A DNA stretch of 64,000 nt, from NCBI GenBank assembly GCA_965153285.1, contig OZ229115.1; one strand, 5' to 3'. This DNA comes from Podarcis tiliguerta (Eukaryota). Shown one piece after another: positions 47,146-60,729 of the stretch (position 1 is the stretch's first letter; the number at the start of each line of letters is the position of its first letter). The translations under genes were made by a program, and so were the position numbers. The notes beneath the pieces were generated by a model, which saw only the letters and a list, made by a program, of their open reading frames with translations, searched no databases and had not been told where the DNA came from.

Positions 47146-47923
47146 AAGAGAATCTTGGGGGGGGGGGGGCTTTAAGCATGCCAGCAGGAGTTTGCTAAAG
47201 CTATGTATGTTTTACAGCTTCGTTTTTACATCTTTGATTATTTATTTATTTATTTTAAAAATTGCATTAAAAATTATTGGCTGGCACCTCAGAGACTGCA
47301 TGTGTATAAGCAATTTGAAGTTATGAAAATAACCTTTTAAAAATACCTTTTTCTAATATTTGGGTAACATTTTATAAACTCAAAATTTCCACAGCCATGC
47401 TACAATTTTGTGAACTTAAATACAGAAATAAAAACAGTTGTCTCAGTATTAAAGGATATGATAAATCTGCAAATATTTTTTTATATCTATGAAACAGAAA
47501 CCTTTAGCTGCAATGTTAGCTGATCAAGCTGTAGAACTAGATCTAATCTAGACATTAAATGAAACATGTAGTCACTGCCAATCAACAATTCTCCTGCATG
47601 CCTTCAAGTAATTTTTAACTGAAACAGGCATGTGATGTTAATACAGTATTGTTGTGCCATGTGTCTGATTCAACTAGATAATACAGGGAGACATGGGGAT
47701 GGATAAGAGCCACACATTTCCTGTAACACTTGACTCAGAGACTGAATTCTAGCTGTGCAGCTTCAGATAATTCAGTCTCTGAAAGAAGAGAATTAGGGGA
47801 CCTTAACACATACAAAAAAGCAGCATCCCACTTTCCTTATTTATAAAATATAAAAAAGATGTTTGCTTTCCCCCTATAAAAATTACTGAGCAAGATTAAT
47901 CCAGTACAGCCCAGATCAGTTAC

Positions 47924-48091
47924 CTGTTGAAGCTATAGGTGCACTGAGGATGTGATAGCCATTTTGTCGCAGAGGGTTAAAGCAATGGGAGTCTCCTGAC
48001 AGCGCATCACTGTTGACAGATGAGTCCATTGCTCGGTAACAGTCCTCATAGTGGAAACAGTTCTGTATAGAATGAAAGCTGCCTTGATAAC
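47924..48091 (-). CDS. GLIS1: GLIS1 penultimate coding exon (frame not in the ORF track)
   Basis: Boundaries tatttgcag|GT...ACAG|GTAACT; 168 nt, phase 1-1. GYQGSFHSIQNCFHYEDCYRAMDSSVNSDALSGDSHCFNPLRQNGYHILSAPIAST matches GLIS1 GYQGSFHSIQ...FNPLRxNGYH. Confidence 0.93.
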
Positions 48092-51000
48092 CTGCAAATA
48101 GACATTTGCACAGACATTTTTAGTACTAGAAATATGCATTTGGTTTCATTTACGAAATTTTGTTTCATGGCGGTACTGCCTATTGTAGTTTGACATCAAT
48201 CTTTAAACTTTTAATTTTAGCGGTATTGTGGAGTTTATTTTCTAGGCTTGTTGTTGGGGCAGAGAGACAGTCCTAATGCTAGCTCCTGCACACTCCTAGA
48301 ACAGATTTATGGGGGTAATGGGGGGGGGGAGTTCTGTTGTACAGCTAGAGGTCTTTCACTTGCAGGGTAACTTCAGTGGATTAATAATAATAGTAATATT
48401 ATGTGCATGGAGCAGCTCACTGCCACCACCCCCCTGCCAATTAGTTAACTAGTGGGGGACACTGTGGGCAAATCCACGACATCCCCCCTGCCCCGCAAAA
48501 TGGAGTCAGGCCCAGCACAAGGTATTTCCAATCACACATGACAGGGAGTCGGAATGAAAGCTGCCTTGATAAAATTAGGTATATCCTCTTTGGCACTGGG
48601 CAGGGAGTGTCTGGCTGAGAGATTCAAAGAGCTCTTATGCCAGGGTGATCAGCTATCTCACTCTGAGACTTCAAGGACAGTACCTTATTGATGTTGAGAG
48701 TTATCCTCATTTCTATATTTATGAACTATGAAGTCCTCTGCACACACCTTCTAAGATGACTGTATACTTTAGAGATGGGCAGTGAATCAATGAGACACTT
48801 GGATTCCACTGAGCCATCCGTTCAGCTCCAATGAGCACTTTGTATGCATTGCTAAGGGAAAAGCTGAACATTTTCCAGCCTGCCCGGTAGAGACATCTTC
48901 CAGAAATGATGACATGTCATCTCTCTTTCCCCACGTTTCTCTCCAAATTAGGCATGACATATTGCTGAATGTATGTTTCCCCAGCAATACGAAAAACCAT
49001 TTTGGGAAGTGGTAAATTTAAGTGGAGAAATGGGGGCGGTATAGGGGGTTGCCTAACCCATCCTCCTCGTCATGTTTTCCCCACTCAAAATAGCATTCTC
49101 TAAGCAGTTTGTTTCTCTTCCCATAATCTCCACATCTATAGGAAAGGTATATGATCTGTCAAGCGTTCAAATAAAAGCATGACATCCATACAGGGTTTTT
49201 TTTCCTGTTTGATGGGGAGGGGAATAGATTTATCTCATGCTTCCTCTCCCAAATAACTGAACTGCAGAATTTGTTTCGAAAGGGATTTCAAGAGAGGTGA
49301 TGGCAGCATGGCAATCACAGCATTCAGTGCAAACAATTCCTCTGCACCAGGACCTTTGCCAGTCTGCTAGATGGCAACAGGGAAAACACTGGAATACAAC
49401 AACTAAGATTCTCTACAATAACTGTCGGACCATATGTGTTTGTTCCAATCATGGAAGGCCTTGAGATCAAATTAAGGTCTCTCCTAATAAAGGAGGAGAT
49501 TCTCACTAATATCTTCTCTCCCTGTTGCACCCCCACAAATCAGCTGGGGGTGTTGGGACCCTTGAGGGCAGCATGGGAATTGGCACAGGAGGGACCTGTT
49601 AAAATTACCTCCCTACTTTTGTTAGCAGGTGCTAAGGGGATCAAAATGGCTAGAGAAAATGGATAGAGTTGCCTTAGTTTGCAGCTCTGCGGAGTGACTG
49701 ACAATACAGCCGATTTAATCAGAAACACCGGTTCAACTGCATTTCCATTCCAGATAAAAGTAACATACTGTGATGAGTATCATTCAACTTGGCTTGCTGA
49801 ATGCTCAAGTAATGACAAAATAATTACTTAGATTACACTGTTGCTGCACTTCAGAGTGAAGTCTCCCACTGTCATTCCCTCCTCACCCTACTTTGCAAAC
49901 AGTTACCCGGCTGATATTTCAATTTGGACATTCTGTCAAATATGTCATAGATATTCTTCATGTTACTCATCATTCCACTGTTAGATTACTCTTGTTAGTT
50001 TCAGGCAAAGAAGGGGAAACATTTATATTGTTGTGGGTTTTTAAAAGCATTTTGTTCTTAAGCTCTTACAGATTTGTCGGTCCTTCATGCCAAAGTGTCT
50101 TTCAAGATCTAACACAGAGTAACAGCAGGAGCTTAAAACAAGGTTCAAATCCCATAACGATAGTGCAATTAACAACCACATGTGGTTTAGTACTGCAATC
50201 TAAACATGGAGCTTTTAAAAGGATTTCCAAACTCTTAAGGGGCTAAAATATGAACCATTCCATGGAACTGTATAAAATTGGTCTTTCTCCACCCCCCATC
50301 TCTTTTATTTTTGTAAGTTTCATAAAGTAACATTTCTATTTGTGTTAAGCAAAGTCCTGGCAGCAGCAGCAGAGTTGACATCCCCCCCGCCCGCACCCCA
50401 AACGATTTCAGCATTCCTTCAGTTTGTCAGATTTAAATCAAATCTGTGGCAGCTAATTTCCAATGAAGAATTTCCCAAACACCCTGTCGGTTTAAATGAT
50501 CACTGTTAAATGTTTTATGTGGAATAAAATGTAGAAGTATAACAGTTAATAAAGGAATCAACTATGTTCCAAACATAACATTCAGTTACAATTTTGCTTT
50601 GAATGTGACACAGAAAAGCTGTAGTTAACCACATCACAAAGTATGGTCGTTGCCTCTATTTCCCTCAAGCCACAACCCAAAAATCTAAAGCACTTTTTAA
50701 ACGAATGATGTAATGAGGAAATTATTGGAATATGCCTATTAAATGCCAATTCGTTCATGTCATTCCACTTAAATGTATGAGCACAAATAAGTCAAACTCG
50801 TCAAATTACATAAAATCTCTATGAAAAGACATCATGTAAGATATATAAATAGCTGTGCTATTTCATTTGGTTGCCAAATTCCTTCAACGCATAACAATTT
50901 CCATCTGATCCTACTTTAGCTGAAGTCAAAAATTCTGCTGGGTTTTTGTTTTCATCCATTGTCCATGCATTCTCATCCATAATGCGTCCAAATAGGATTT

Positions 51001-54000
51001 CTTTGAGACTTCTATTACCCAGAGGAAGGAGAAGTATAAATATGCCTTTTACTCTCATGAGCAAAGATTTTACATTTGGTTGACAGTTGTTATATTTTCA
51101 TTTTTAGAGTTAAAAAAATTGAGCACATGCTACTACTTTACTAATTTAAAACACTCATTATAAGAAAATAACTTATTTTTAAGGATATTAATGACATTTA
51201 CTTGGCCTGAAATTAAGGTGATATTTTGGTGTTTGGCTAAAATAATTGCTTTTTAAAACCTCTATGACACAGAACAATGAAAAAGCAACACTTCCCTCCA
51301 ACAGGATGTGTGATTTTCTTATAGAATAAACTTATTACAATAGTTCAACAGTTATTCTGTATGTTTGTTTCTGCTTTACTCTTAAGCAGCTAAACCCTTG
51401 TGGTTTCATAGTTACTTAGCTTGTTACTGTAATGTGGTTATATGTTATTATCAGCTATCATAAATCAGCTATTGTGCTTCAGTGGCATTAATTTTTTTTA
51501 AATTTAATAACCTGTTCAGCTTCTGATCAAGTCAGCTTTTATGTAGGGACAAATAATGTATTGCAACAAGCTCCGTTTCATGTAATTTGTTGTCCACTGG
51601 AACCTTAATTGATTATGCTGCTTATGAAAGATTTGCTATGTCCATTTTCGCAAGGAAAAAATTGTTCTGCTTGTCATGGTTGCACGCAACAAGAACATGC
51701 AAAAAATCAAATAAAAACATGAAAGATATGCAAGATTTTAAAAAATGAGAAAAGGTCTGGAAGTCTCCAGTTTGAATCCACTTTGTATTGCAAATTGTAT
51801 TATTTGGATTCTGGACTGGATAAGTTACCGAATTCCTAAGGAACATGTTTCAAATAAGAATCGGAGACTGTCCATAAGATATTATGGGGGAAATAACAAC
51901 TGTAGGATTGAGATGGTAAATAACAACGTTTTATTTTGTATTTTAATGATAGATTGATTTTATAGTTGCTTAGAAGCCATTTTGACATATCTGATCCCAA
52001 AACTAAAGCATTTGCGATTAATATAAAAGATTATTTAGCTCATGCCCATCACCCTTAGAATCAGTGCTTGACAAATTAAATACAATGTGCATACTGGCTT
52101 TGAAATCTACAACTCAAACTATTTAAGGTTTAAAGCTTTTGTGCGTCAGAACACCACGTTAACATATTCTGAGATTAAATATATTGAAGACTAAATAGAA
52201 AAATCCAACTTGCTTTGAATACTTATAGATGAGATCATTTCTTTAGGAATATCTTAGTGTGCATTAGCAAATATGAGATTTAATGGAGTTCTGAGTAATT
52301 AATTATTGAGAACAGCAGTCATACACATTCAAAAATCCATAAACTAAAATTGTCGTATGACACAGAATCAGAACACATTACAGAATACAGGGTTTATTTG
52401 CCCAATAATATAGGTAAAAATACCCCAATGGATGTCTGATAAAAATTATGGAACAGTGCACATACATTTTCTTTAAACATGGCCCAAAAGGGACAGCTGC
52501 TATAAAATTATGTCATTATGTAATGTATAGATAGTACATTACTCCACAGCTGAGAAATAACTACATAATAACTACTCCCCAATATATGCTGGAAGTGCCA
52601 AGAAATAAGAGGATTTTTACCAAATGTAATGGGAATGTAAAGACACAGATTTTTTTGGGGGGGGGGATTTCCTGAACTCTTAGATATAACTGTAGATATA
52701 ACTGTAAGTTATAAAATTCAACTAGACCCTGTGTTCTTTTTCTTGAAATATGTGCATGATCTAGTAAGGTATGATCATATGATAACTGCTGCTAGGATAA
52801 TGTTGGGTTTCAGTGATATATCCTAAAGAATGGACAGAAAAATTGTGCAAATTTGCCTCAGTGGTTAAATTGAGGCACTATATCAGATTTAAAGAAAAAT
52901 ATGAAATTGGGTGTATCCACTTCTGCAACCATACTTCCTCTTTCCCCGTGTGCCCCCCAAATCTGCTCCAGAGGGTCTCCCAAGCCATCAGGATTAGATT
53001 TTGAGGGCACACAGAGGGCTGCAGGGGAGAGGGAGAAGCTTCATTGTGCAAGTTGGTGTCTGATGCATGAGTGGGCCAGGAGCATTGGTCACAACCCAGT
53101 GACAACTTACATTCATAACATAGAACCCTTTTGTTGACTATAGCAGGAGAAATGAGTTGTTTCCAGATATAAAACATGGTTTTGCAATGTTTGGGGTATA
53201 CTTACGGTAACTATAAGATGTTTTATGTCATACAATGTATTTTGTTTGTAGTTTTGCTAATTAGCGTAAAATTACACTTTATTTCCATTTTTTTTAAGCA
53301 AAGATAACTTTAAAGGGATTTAGGTTTGCTTATAAGCCTAGTTTCAAGACTTGTGGATTTTGGCTTAATCTACTCTAGATGTTTATCCTTTGTTGATGAT
53401 AAACTGTTAATGTTTACTATCATTTTTTATTTGATACTGTCATTTGCTGATGCTTGTTGGCTGGTTTGTGGCCTTGCTTGAGCCACACAGACCTGAACTA
53501 GTCCAAAAAATACTAAACTCAGGAAATTTCCGCAGCTAACTGAGCTTGGGCCTTATACATCTTGTGTAAGACCACATGACTGCTGGTAGCCCTGCTTGTA
53601 CCCAAATCAAATGGGCAATGGTGGGGACAGGTATATAATTGGAAATGGGCTCAGATGGAGTGGGGATTTCCCCTGTGTGTTGCTCTTTTGTGCTAGCTTA
53701 AACACAGGACATACTCTTTCCCAAAGTCTAGGCAGTTGTCACCTGTAGTACTAATGCCAACAAACATAAAAACATGTCACAGTGGATGTCCACATTTTCA
53801 AAAGAGCTCTGTCTTGTTGAAAGGGCACCTTCCATTGAAATACATGGAAATTTGGCAGCACTAAACAGAACACACTATCACAGTTTCCACATCTGTATTT
53901 AAGCTCCTACTTCATTTGTACGCTTCAAAACCTATACAAAGCACTTGGTTGACACTGCATTAGCTTGTCAGGGGTGGCTGCTTCTACCAGTCATAAATAG

Positions 54001-54494
54001 TTATCATTGATCACAGATTACAGCCCATTATGCCACTGTTAATTATAGCGTTCCTCTTTCATACTGCAGAAGATGAAGTGCTTTCAATACAGAATAAATG
54101 TGGTGCAGTTGCCATTTGCTGCCTTAATGTAAGTAAGCACTGTAACCAATCAAACAATGCAGAGCGTCAATGAAAATATTAGCAGACCTTCCAGACATAA
54201 CTAAACATGAGGAACATTTAGCTGCTGACAAGAATAGCAGCCTCAAACCCTTCTCGTCTATAATGGGTTGTACAACCGACTGTACTAATATCACCATACT
54301 GAACATGTTCCTACTATTTCTATTCCACTACACAGCATAAATCATAGCACCATGATGTCAGGACAAGCAGCATGGTGCACTATCCCCTTTTTGGTCAGCT
54401 CTTTAAATGAATCTGCACACACATTTGGCATTTCTTGTACGCACTGTGCATCAACACACGCACACACATATGCATGAACATAGTATAGAATTAC

Positions 54495-54673
54495 CTTGTG
54501 GTCCCTGCTGTGCAGACTGGTTTTGAAATTGCGTATATGTTTTATTTGCTGAGAAGTGCTGCCCACTTGGAGATTGGCTGTGTGATGATGGGGAGCTGTG
54601 TTTCGGAAGTAGGGGAGGAGCAACTATGGTTTTCAATGGACTAACGAGAGGAGGATGAATATTTGGAACAATC
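54495..54673 (-). CDS. GLIS1: GLIS1 third-from-last coding exon; the zinc-finger exons lie upstream, apparently beyond the window
   Basis: Long polypyrimidine acceptor cttccttcttgttctag|G, phase 2. Translates to IVPNIHPPLVSPLKTIVAPPLLPKHSSPSSHSQSPSGQHFSANKTYTQFQNQSAQQGPQ. Donor CAAG|GTAATT, phase 1, joins the exon starting at 48091. Confidence 0.88.
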
Positions 54674-54760
54674 CTAGAACAAGAAGGAAGAACGAGAGAG
54701 ATGATAAACTTGATCCCATATCATTGAGTGCATAAAACACTTGGGCGAGTGTAGCTTTAG

Positions 54761-54788
54761 TGTGTATGTGTGTGTGTGTGTGTGTGTG
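54761..54788. repeat. (TG)n microsatellite
   Basis: Directly visible. Confidence 0.9.
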
Positions 54789-57409
54789 AATTTTACTTAC
54801 AATTCATGTAAGTTAAAAGTACAGTATTAATAACTATAAACCTGTCTGTGAGACATGACAGCAACAACAAAAATAGCTTAACAGAAATATACTTTTAAAA
54901 ACCAAGGTGGAATCTACACACATATAAAAAAACGCTATGAAAATGCTTTTTAAAAAAAGTTTTGAAAAATATATTGTATTTGTCATAGCTCACCATCACC
55001 ATCTAGTGTCACATTTGTATATTGCACTTTACAACACACTTAAAATGTTTTATTTGCAGCTGTATAGCTGAATCCCAAATCTCTAATCACTTGCAAAGTT
55101 TTACTGACAAGAGTTACAGAGTACATTGCATCTACTTCTCATAGCACAGAAGCACTTCATCCTTTTAAAAAGCATTGAGCTTTTAATTGATCAAAAATGC
55201 CTGAGCTGGTTTGTTTTCCAGTTGCAAGAGCTGAGCTTCCTTCTTTGCACACAACCCCAGTATTATTATTTGTCCCACGACTGGCCCAAAAGCAACTTAT
55301 TAAAAACTTCAAAAGGCTGAGGGCTGCTTCCTATTGATGCATTTACTACAAAAGATAATCATGCACGTAACAAGTATTCCACAGTCATGTTTGAAATAAA
55401 GCAGGTGTGCTTATTAATTCATGAGCAAGTTCATTGAATGGTACCTGTCTCCACTGCTGAGGTTTCAAGCACATTACCAAATATAGGACAGCAACAAGGC
55501 AGAAGGGAGACCACATACGATCCAATCAGAAGCCACAATGAAGCTAGCCCTGGCTTGGATTGTTGTAGAAAATCACAGTAGTCAGCAAGAATGTTTGAAC
55601 ATTTGAAGAGTCCAGAGATTTGCATAATGAATGAAGGTTCTAACTGAGAAACCTATCACCATTCACTATCCTGTAAAGGCTCTCCCCATAGGGAGGGCAG
55701 TAAAGTGTCCTAACAATGTGAAGATTTATGACACTGATGCCTCAGGCATCCCCATGTACCTCAGGGTGGAGACAACTGGCGAAAGAACTTGTGGAAAGTA
55801 CTTTTAATCGTGTTTCAGTTAGCTACTTGAAACCATAGGGCAAAATCCACCATGCAATCCATGCTCTGTTGAAAACCTTATTCATTTTGTTAGGAATTGT
55901 GTGTGAAAGAGTAGCATTTAAGTGAAACCCTTCCCAGAATTTGTCTGGTTTGAATGGCACGGGCAGAGCAGAAGAGTGAGGCATCTGTGTTAGATTTATA
56001 TAAGCAATGTGTAAACCAAGAATAATATGTTACACGTTTTGCCAGCCATATGGATGCAAGTACAGTATGGCATTTATTCTACAGATTATGTGTTTTCTTT
56101 GCTTCCGTCCTTGTAGGTCAAACTCATGGGCAGATCAGCTGCCTAATTATTTGATATTGCTAGCGTTGTCTCATATACCTTTGGCAGGGAAAGTTACCCC
56201 TGATTCCACTCAGGTGTTCTGATAATTTAAAGGCTTTCAGTGTTCTATGCAGGGAGTCACTATAGCACAGAGATATGTGAGTGGATGCCATACTTCATTA
56301 ATGGTGTTCCACTCAAAATTTAGGCAGGAGACACCTCCAACTAGACCTTCTGTGCCTGACACAATATGCTCTGAAGTGGGAAAAGAAAGGTATTGTGATG
56401 GATACATTAGGGATTCTTTGGAGCATTCTACAAATGGATTTTAAAAGACCATAAAGTACACAAATTTACAGCAGGGAACACAATCCTAACTCTGATTATG
56501 GTAACTGTACAACACACATTTTTAGTTACATGTCTGACACATTTAGGTATACCTGTAAAAATATTTTAGGTGTTTCATACACATACATCCTGATCCAGAT
56601 GCAGCCATGGACAATAAATCCTTATGAGATAAGGCACAACAAATCAAGTGAAATAACTGATGGTGCTGGATATGAATCACCACCATCATTAAACAGCACA
56701 CTGTATCAGTCCAATATGCCTTGGATAAGCACTGTCATGCAGATGAGGGGACACATTGGTCTCAGCAAGGTGTGTGGATGCCTAGAGCAGGATGTGTGAA
56801 ATGGCAATTGTCATCCAATTCCAACTGAAGTTTACAGCACAATCCTACGCCTATCTAATCAGACGTAGTCTGGCTGCACTGAGTCGGAACACAGTATGCC
56901 TCTAATACCAACATAAGTGGGAAAGCATATATTGCTTCAAGTTTCCCATAGGCATTGGATTGTCCAGTTTGAAGAGAGGATGCTGAATCAGATTGTCTGA
57001 TCCAGCAAAGCTCTTCTTACATCTTTTGGAAGCTAGGTATAGACAAGCTTTATACGTACATCTTCTGCTTGATAACTGGTCTGACCCAGCTTCTCAAAGT
57101 CATCTTCAGCCATTCCTAGCTTTAAAAAACAAGAATTTGTTTTTGAAATGGTTTTGTTGTTTTCATTTTTGTATAAGACTCTTGGCTGAAACCCTGGAGT
57201 GCTACTTCCAGTCATTGTACGCTGTACTGAGCTAGGTGGACCAATGGTCTGGCTCGGTTTAAGGCAGTTTCCTGTGTTCCAATGCCCTGCATTGAGAAGA
57301 GGCAGTGTACGTATTTTGTAATAAATAATGTCTCTGGGTTTACAGAATAAACTATTCCAAAGCCATTAAAGACTAAAACTATGAAAAGGTAAGCCTTTTC
57401 CCACTCTAA

Positions 57410-57487
57410 AAAAGTAAAGGTAAAGGAACCCTGACAGTTAAGTCCAGTCGCAGACGACTTTGGGGTTGCAGCACTCATCTCGCTTTA
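57410..57487 (-). mobile_element. Sauria SINE 3' fragment
   Basis: AAAGGTAAAGGAACCCTGAC...GGGGTTGCAGCACTCATCTCGCTTTA is the reverse complement of the SINE 3' end at 38220-38298. Confidence 0.75.
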
Positions 57488-60400
57488 CAGTCAGCTAATC
57501 TTATTTAATGTATTCCTGACAACAGAAAATACAGTACAGCATGTGTAATTGGTAACTACTTTAAGAGAATATAAAACTGAAACTCAAGAGAAATCCACTT
57601 CTCTTTTACTTATACTTGGGGTAAAATACGACCACAACAGAGACAGGGATGTTTCCAATATGAACAGCCTCACTTTGTTGTTGTTTTGGAAGGACAGCTT
57701 TGACTGTCAAATTCCTCTGCTAAACAATGGATCCCAATATTTCTTCCATCCATCTCAGCAGGAAGAAGATCAGATCCAGAGTTCAGTCCATCTGTACTTT
57801 ATCTCAAATAAATTCCAATATGTTTTGTGATGTGGTGCTTGTCTGTACTTCAAACCATTTATCAAGTACTGTCAAATAGCATATAATAAATGTTGACATG
57901 GAGGGTGATTATTCATTGAATGCTAACACAAAGAAATGCAAAAGTATAGTAAAACCTCAGAGACTAAGGGCCGATTCATACATTATAACCTACCATTTGC
58001 TGGCATGTCAGACACTCACATCAGTGGTCTACATGACAGTATAAACAGTGTACTCTGAGAGGTGCACAAGGTGGACCAGGAGGTGCCACATTAATTTTGT
58101 GTGTGTGAGAGAGAGAAAGTTTAGGGTAAATGTCAGAAACTTGTCGAATGTTTATGTTTAACTGTAATACTTAAGATTTTAGGATGCCAAAGGGAAATAT
58201 CAAAATTTGTAAAAACTACAGACCATTTTTTGATAACCAGCCAAGGGGAAACTTTAAGGACTCTTTTACAGAACTACTCATCTTGGTATAAGCATCAGTT
58301 AATTGGTTTGTGCCTCAAATTTGTTTATGCAGTCATGAAGTATAGGCAAGATTGAATGAAGCAGAATGGAATTCAGGGGGGAAAATCAAGAACTGTTTCT
58401 CCGACTTGAATGTTACTGACATAGTTGTCCGTAAGAAATTGTAAGCACTGCAATATGGTATTTTCCCAGAGTTCACAATTCAGAGCTAACTGGTGTGATC
58501 TACAGTTGTCCTAAATTACTGTGCAAGGAGGTGTGGCAAAAGCATGACAGGATTCCTTGATTATGTAAACAAGCACCGTGCCAAATTGTTAGTTCAGGGT
58601 AGGAGCCATAAATTAGACACCTTAGGACGTATATTTTCCATGATTGTGTAAACAAGCTTTAAGTAAAATAATACTATACCAGTAAACTATAACAAATAAA
58701 CGCAAAATGCCTCATTTATAAAAACTGCACTCTAATCACTCAAATTATAAAAAAAAATAACCTCTCAAGTCAGCTACAGGATCAAAAGACCAAAGCAAAA
58801 TGAAAAGAAAGAGAAAAGGTTAACATCGATTTTCATCTCTTCCAATAATATTAAAAATGATGTGCAAAGCTCTACTAATCTAGTTTCTGGACGATGCCCA
58901 GTTTCTTGCCACGTGTTTCTTTTCTGGGCCCTACCCTCGGGGAATTTCTGTCAACACAAGCTCAGGAAATAGTTAAACCGTTGAGTTTTTAGGGGGGGGG
59001 GGACCCTCTATCTGAAGTTTGGTGAACTTTGCTACTAATCAGTCCCAGGTGCCTTTGCCTTATTTTACAGAATATGCAGGATTCCTTCAACAGCACAATA
59101 CTAAATCAGTCATTGTAGTTTACTCTCCCAAAGAACTGTTCTATTTTATAGTTTTACATTAATATTTAAGCATGCAGCAATAAGCTTACTCTTGGATACT
59201 TGTATGCTCTACTACATTATATTGGAACTCAACAGAAACTCAGCAATATGCTTCTATCCTCTTCGTGAACAATGACTGCTCAGCTCAAGGGCTAGCTAAG
59301 GAAGCAATCACTACCAAGATCAGAATAACCAGGAATTCTTTTGTCATTCAACTTCAACAGGATATTTTTGACTCCCATGTAGTTTAGCACAGATACACCG
59401 GCCACTTGAATTTGCAACAAAACAAATGGGTCACAGTGCACAAAATATCAACATGGATTGACATGCAGAAGTTAACCAAATTTGAAATAAAACTCAAAAC
59501 TAGTCTGACAAGTTTATCTTTTAAAAGCGTGGGGGGGGGGGGAGGTTATCAAGTGGAAGGAGGAACAGAAACAGTTCTACATCTAAAGATGAATGCATCT
59601 TTAAAGAAGGTGCTGGATGCTACCAAAGTTATACTTTTCAACAGTTTCTTTTTACTTTATTATTACAAAAAAGTGGGACACTTCAATTTTAGCAATATTG
59701 AATGTTGTCAATATTTGTTGCCAGAACTGCATGTTGTCTGTAGGGAAAACTCTGCACCAACATAACCTAAATTCTGCCCTAAAAGCAAAATTCTGCACCC
59801 AATAAAAATTAAACAAGTAGTTTATTTTGCACAAGGACAGGCCTTTATATGCAGAAAATTTCACTATGGCTATAATTTTATGGGGGGAGGGAAGCGGTGG
59901 AACCCAGAAGGGCAACCACAGAAGGTGAAGAAGTCAGTGTGGTGTAGTTGAGCATTGAAGTTCACAGGGTAACACTGGGCCAGTCACTATCTCAGTCTAG
60001 CCTATAGCAGCACTCATTACCCCAAAGGTGAGGCTCTGTCTCTGAAGGTCTTCAAGCAAAGGGTGGACAACCATGTTTTGAGGATGCTTCTCGCTCTGGA
60101 TTTCCTGCATTAATTGGGGGGTTGGGTTAGATGGCTGCAAGGCCCCCTTCAACTCTGTGGTTGCCCCGAAAAATATCCAGCATTGCTGTTCACTATTGAG
60201 ACTAGCCCTCTCCTACAACACTTTGCTCTCTTCCACACATCTGTGCCGAATGTAGAAATAACATTCCATGATAAAGAATTTTTTTCCCTGAATCCTTCTT
60301 ATTAGAATCCAACTTTGAAACCAGAAGGTTCATCACGCTGAAATGCCGCATAGTTGATATGCACCAAAGCTCAATAAATATTTGCACATAGTATATGTGT

Positions 60401-60497
60401 TTTTTCCACAAACCACGCTTACATTATCCACACAAACAAGAACCTTACAGTACAAAGCTGCTGCCAAACCTTTAGTAGAAGAATGCAGATTAATATA

Positions 60498-60729
60498 CAG
60501 TGTACTTCTGGTTAAGAACTTAATTCGTTCTGGAGGTCCGTTCTTAACCAGAAACGGTTCTTAACCTGAGGTACCACTTTAGCTAATGGGGCCTGCTGCG
60601 CCGCCGCCACACAATTTCTATTCTCATCCTGAGGTAAAGTTCTTAACCCGAGGTACTACTTCCAGATTAGTGGAGTCTGTAACCTGAAGCGTTTGTAACC
60701 CGAAGTGTTTGTAACCTGAGGTACCACTG
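60498..60729. mobile_element. Tc1/mariner-type MITE, copy 3
   Basis: Homologous to the 43649 copy; TA flanks. Confidence 0.85.
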
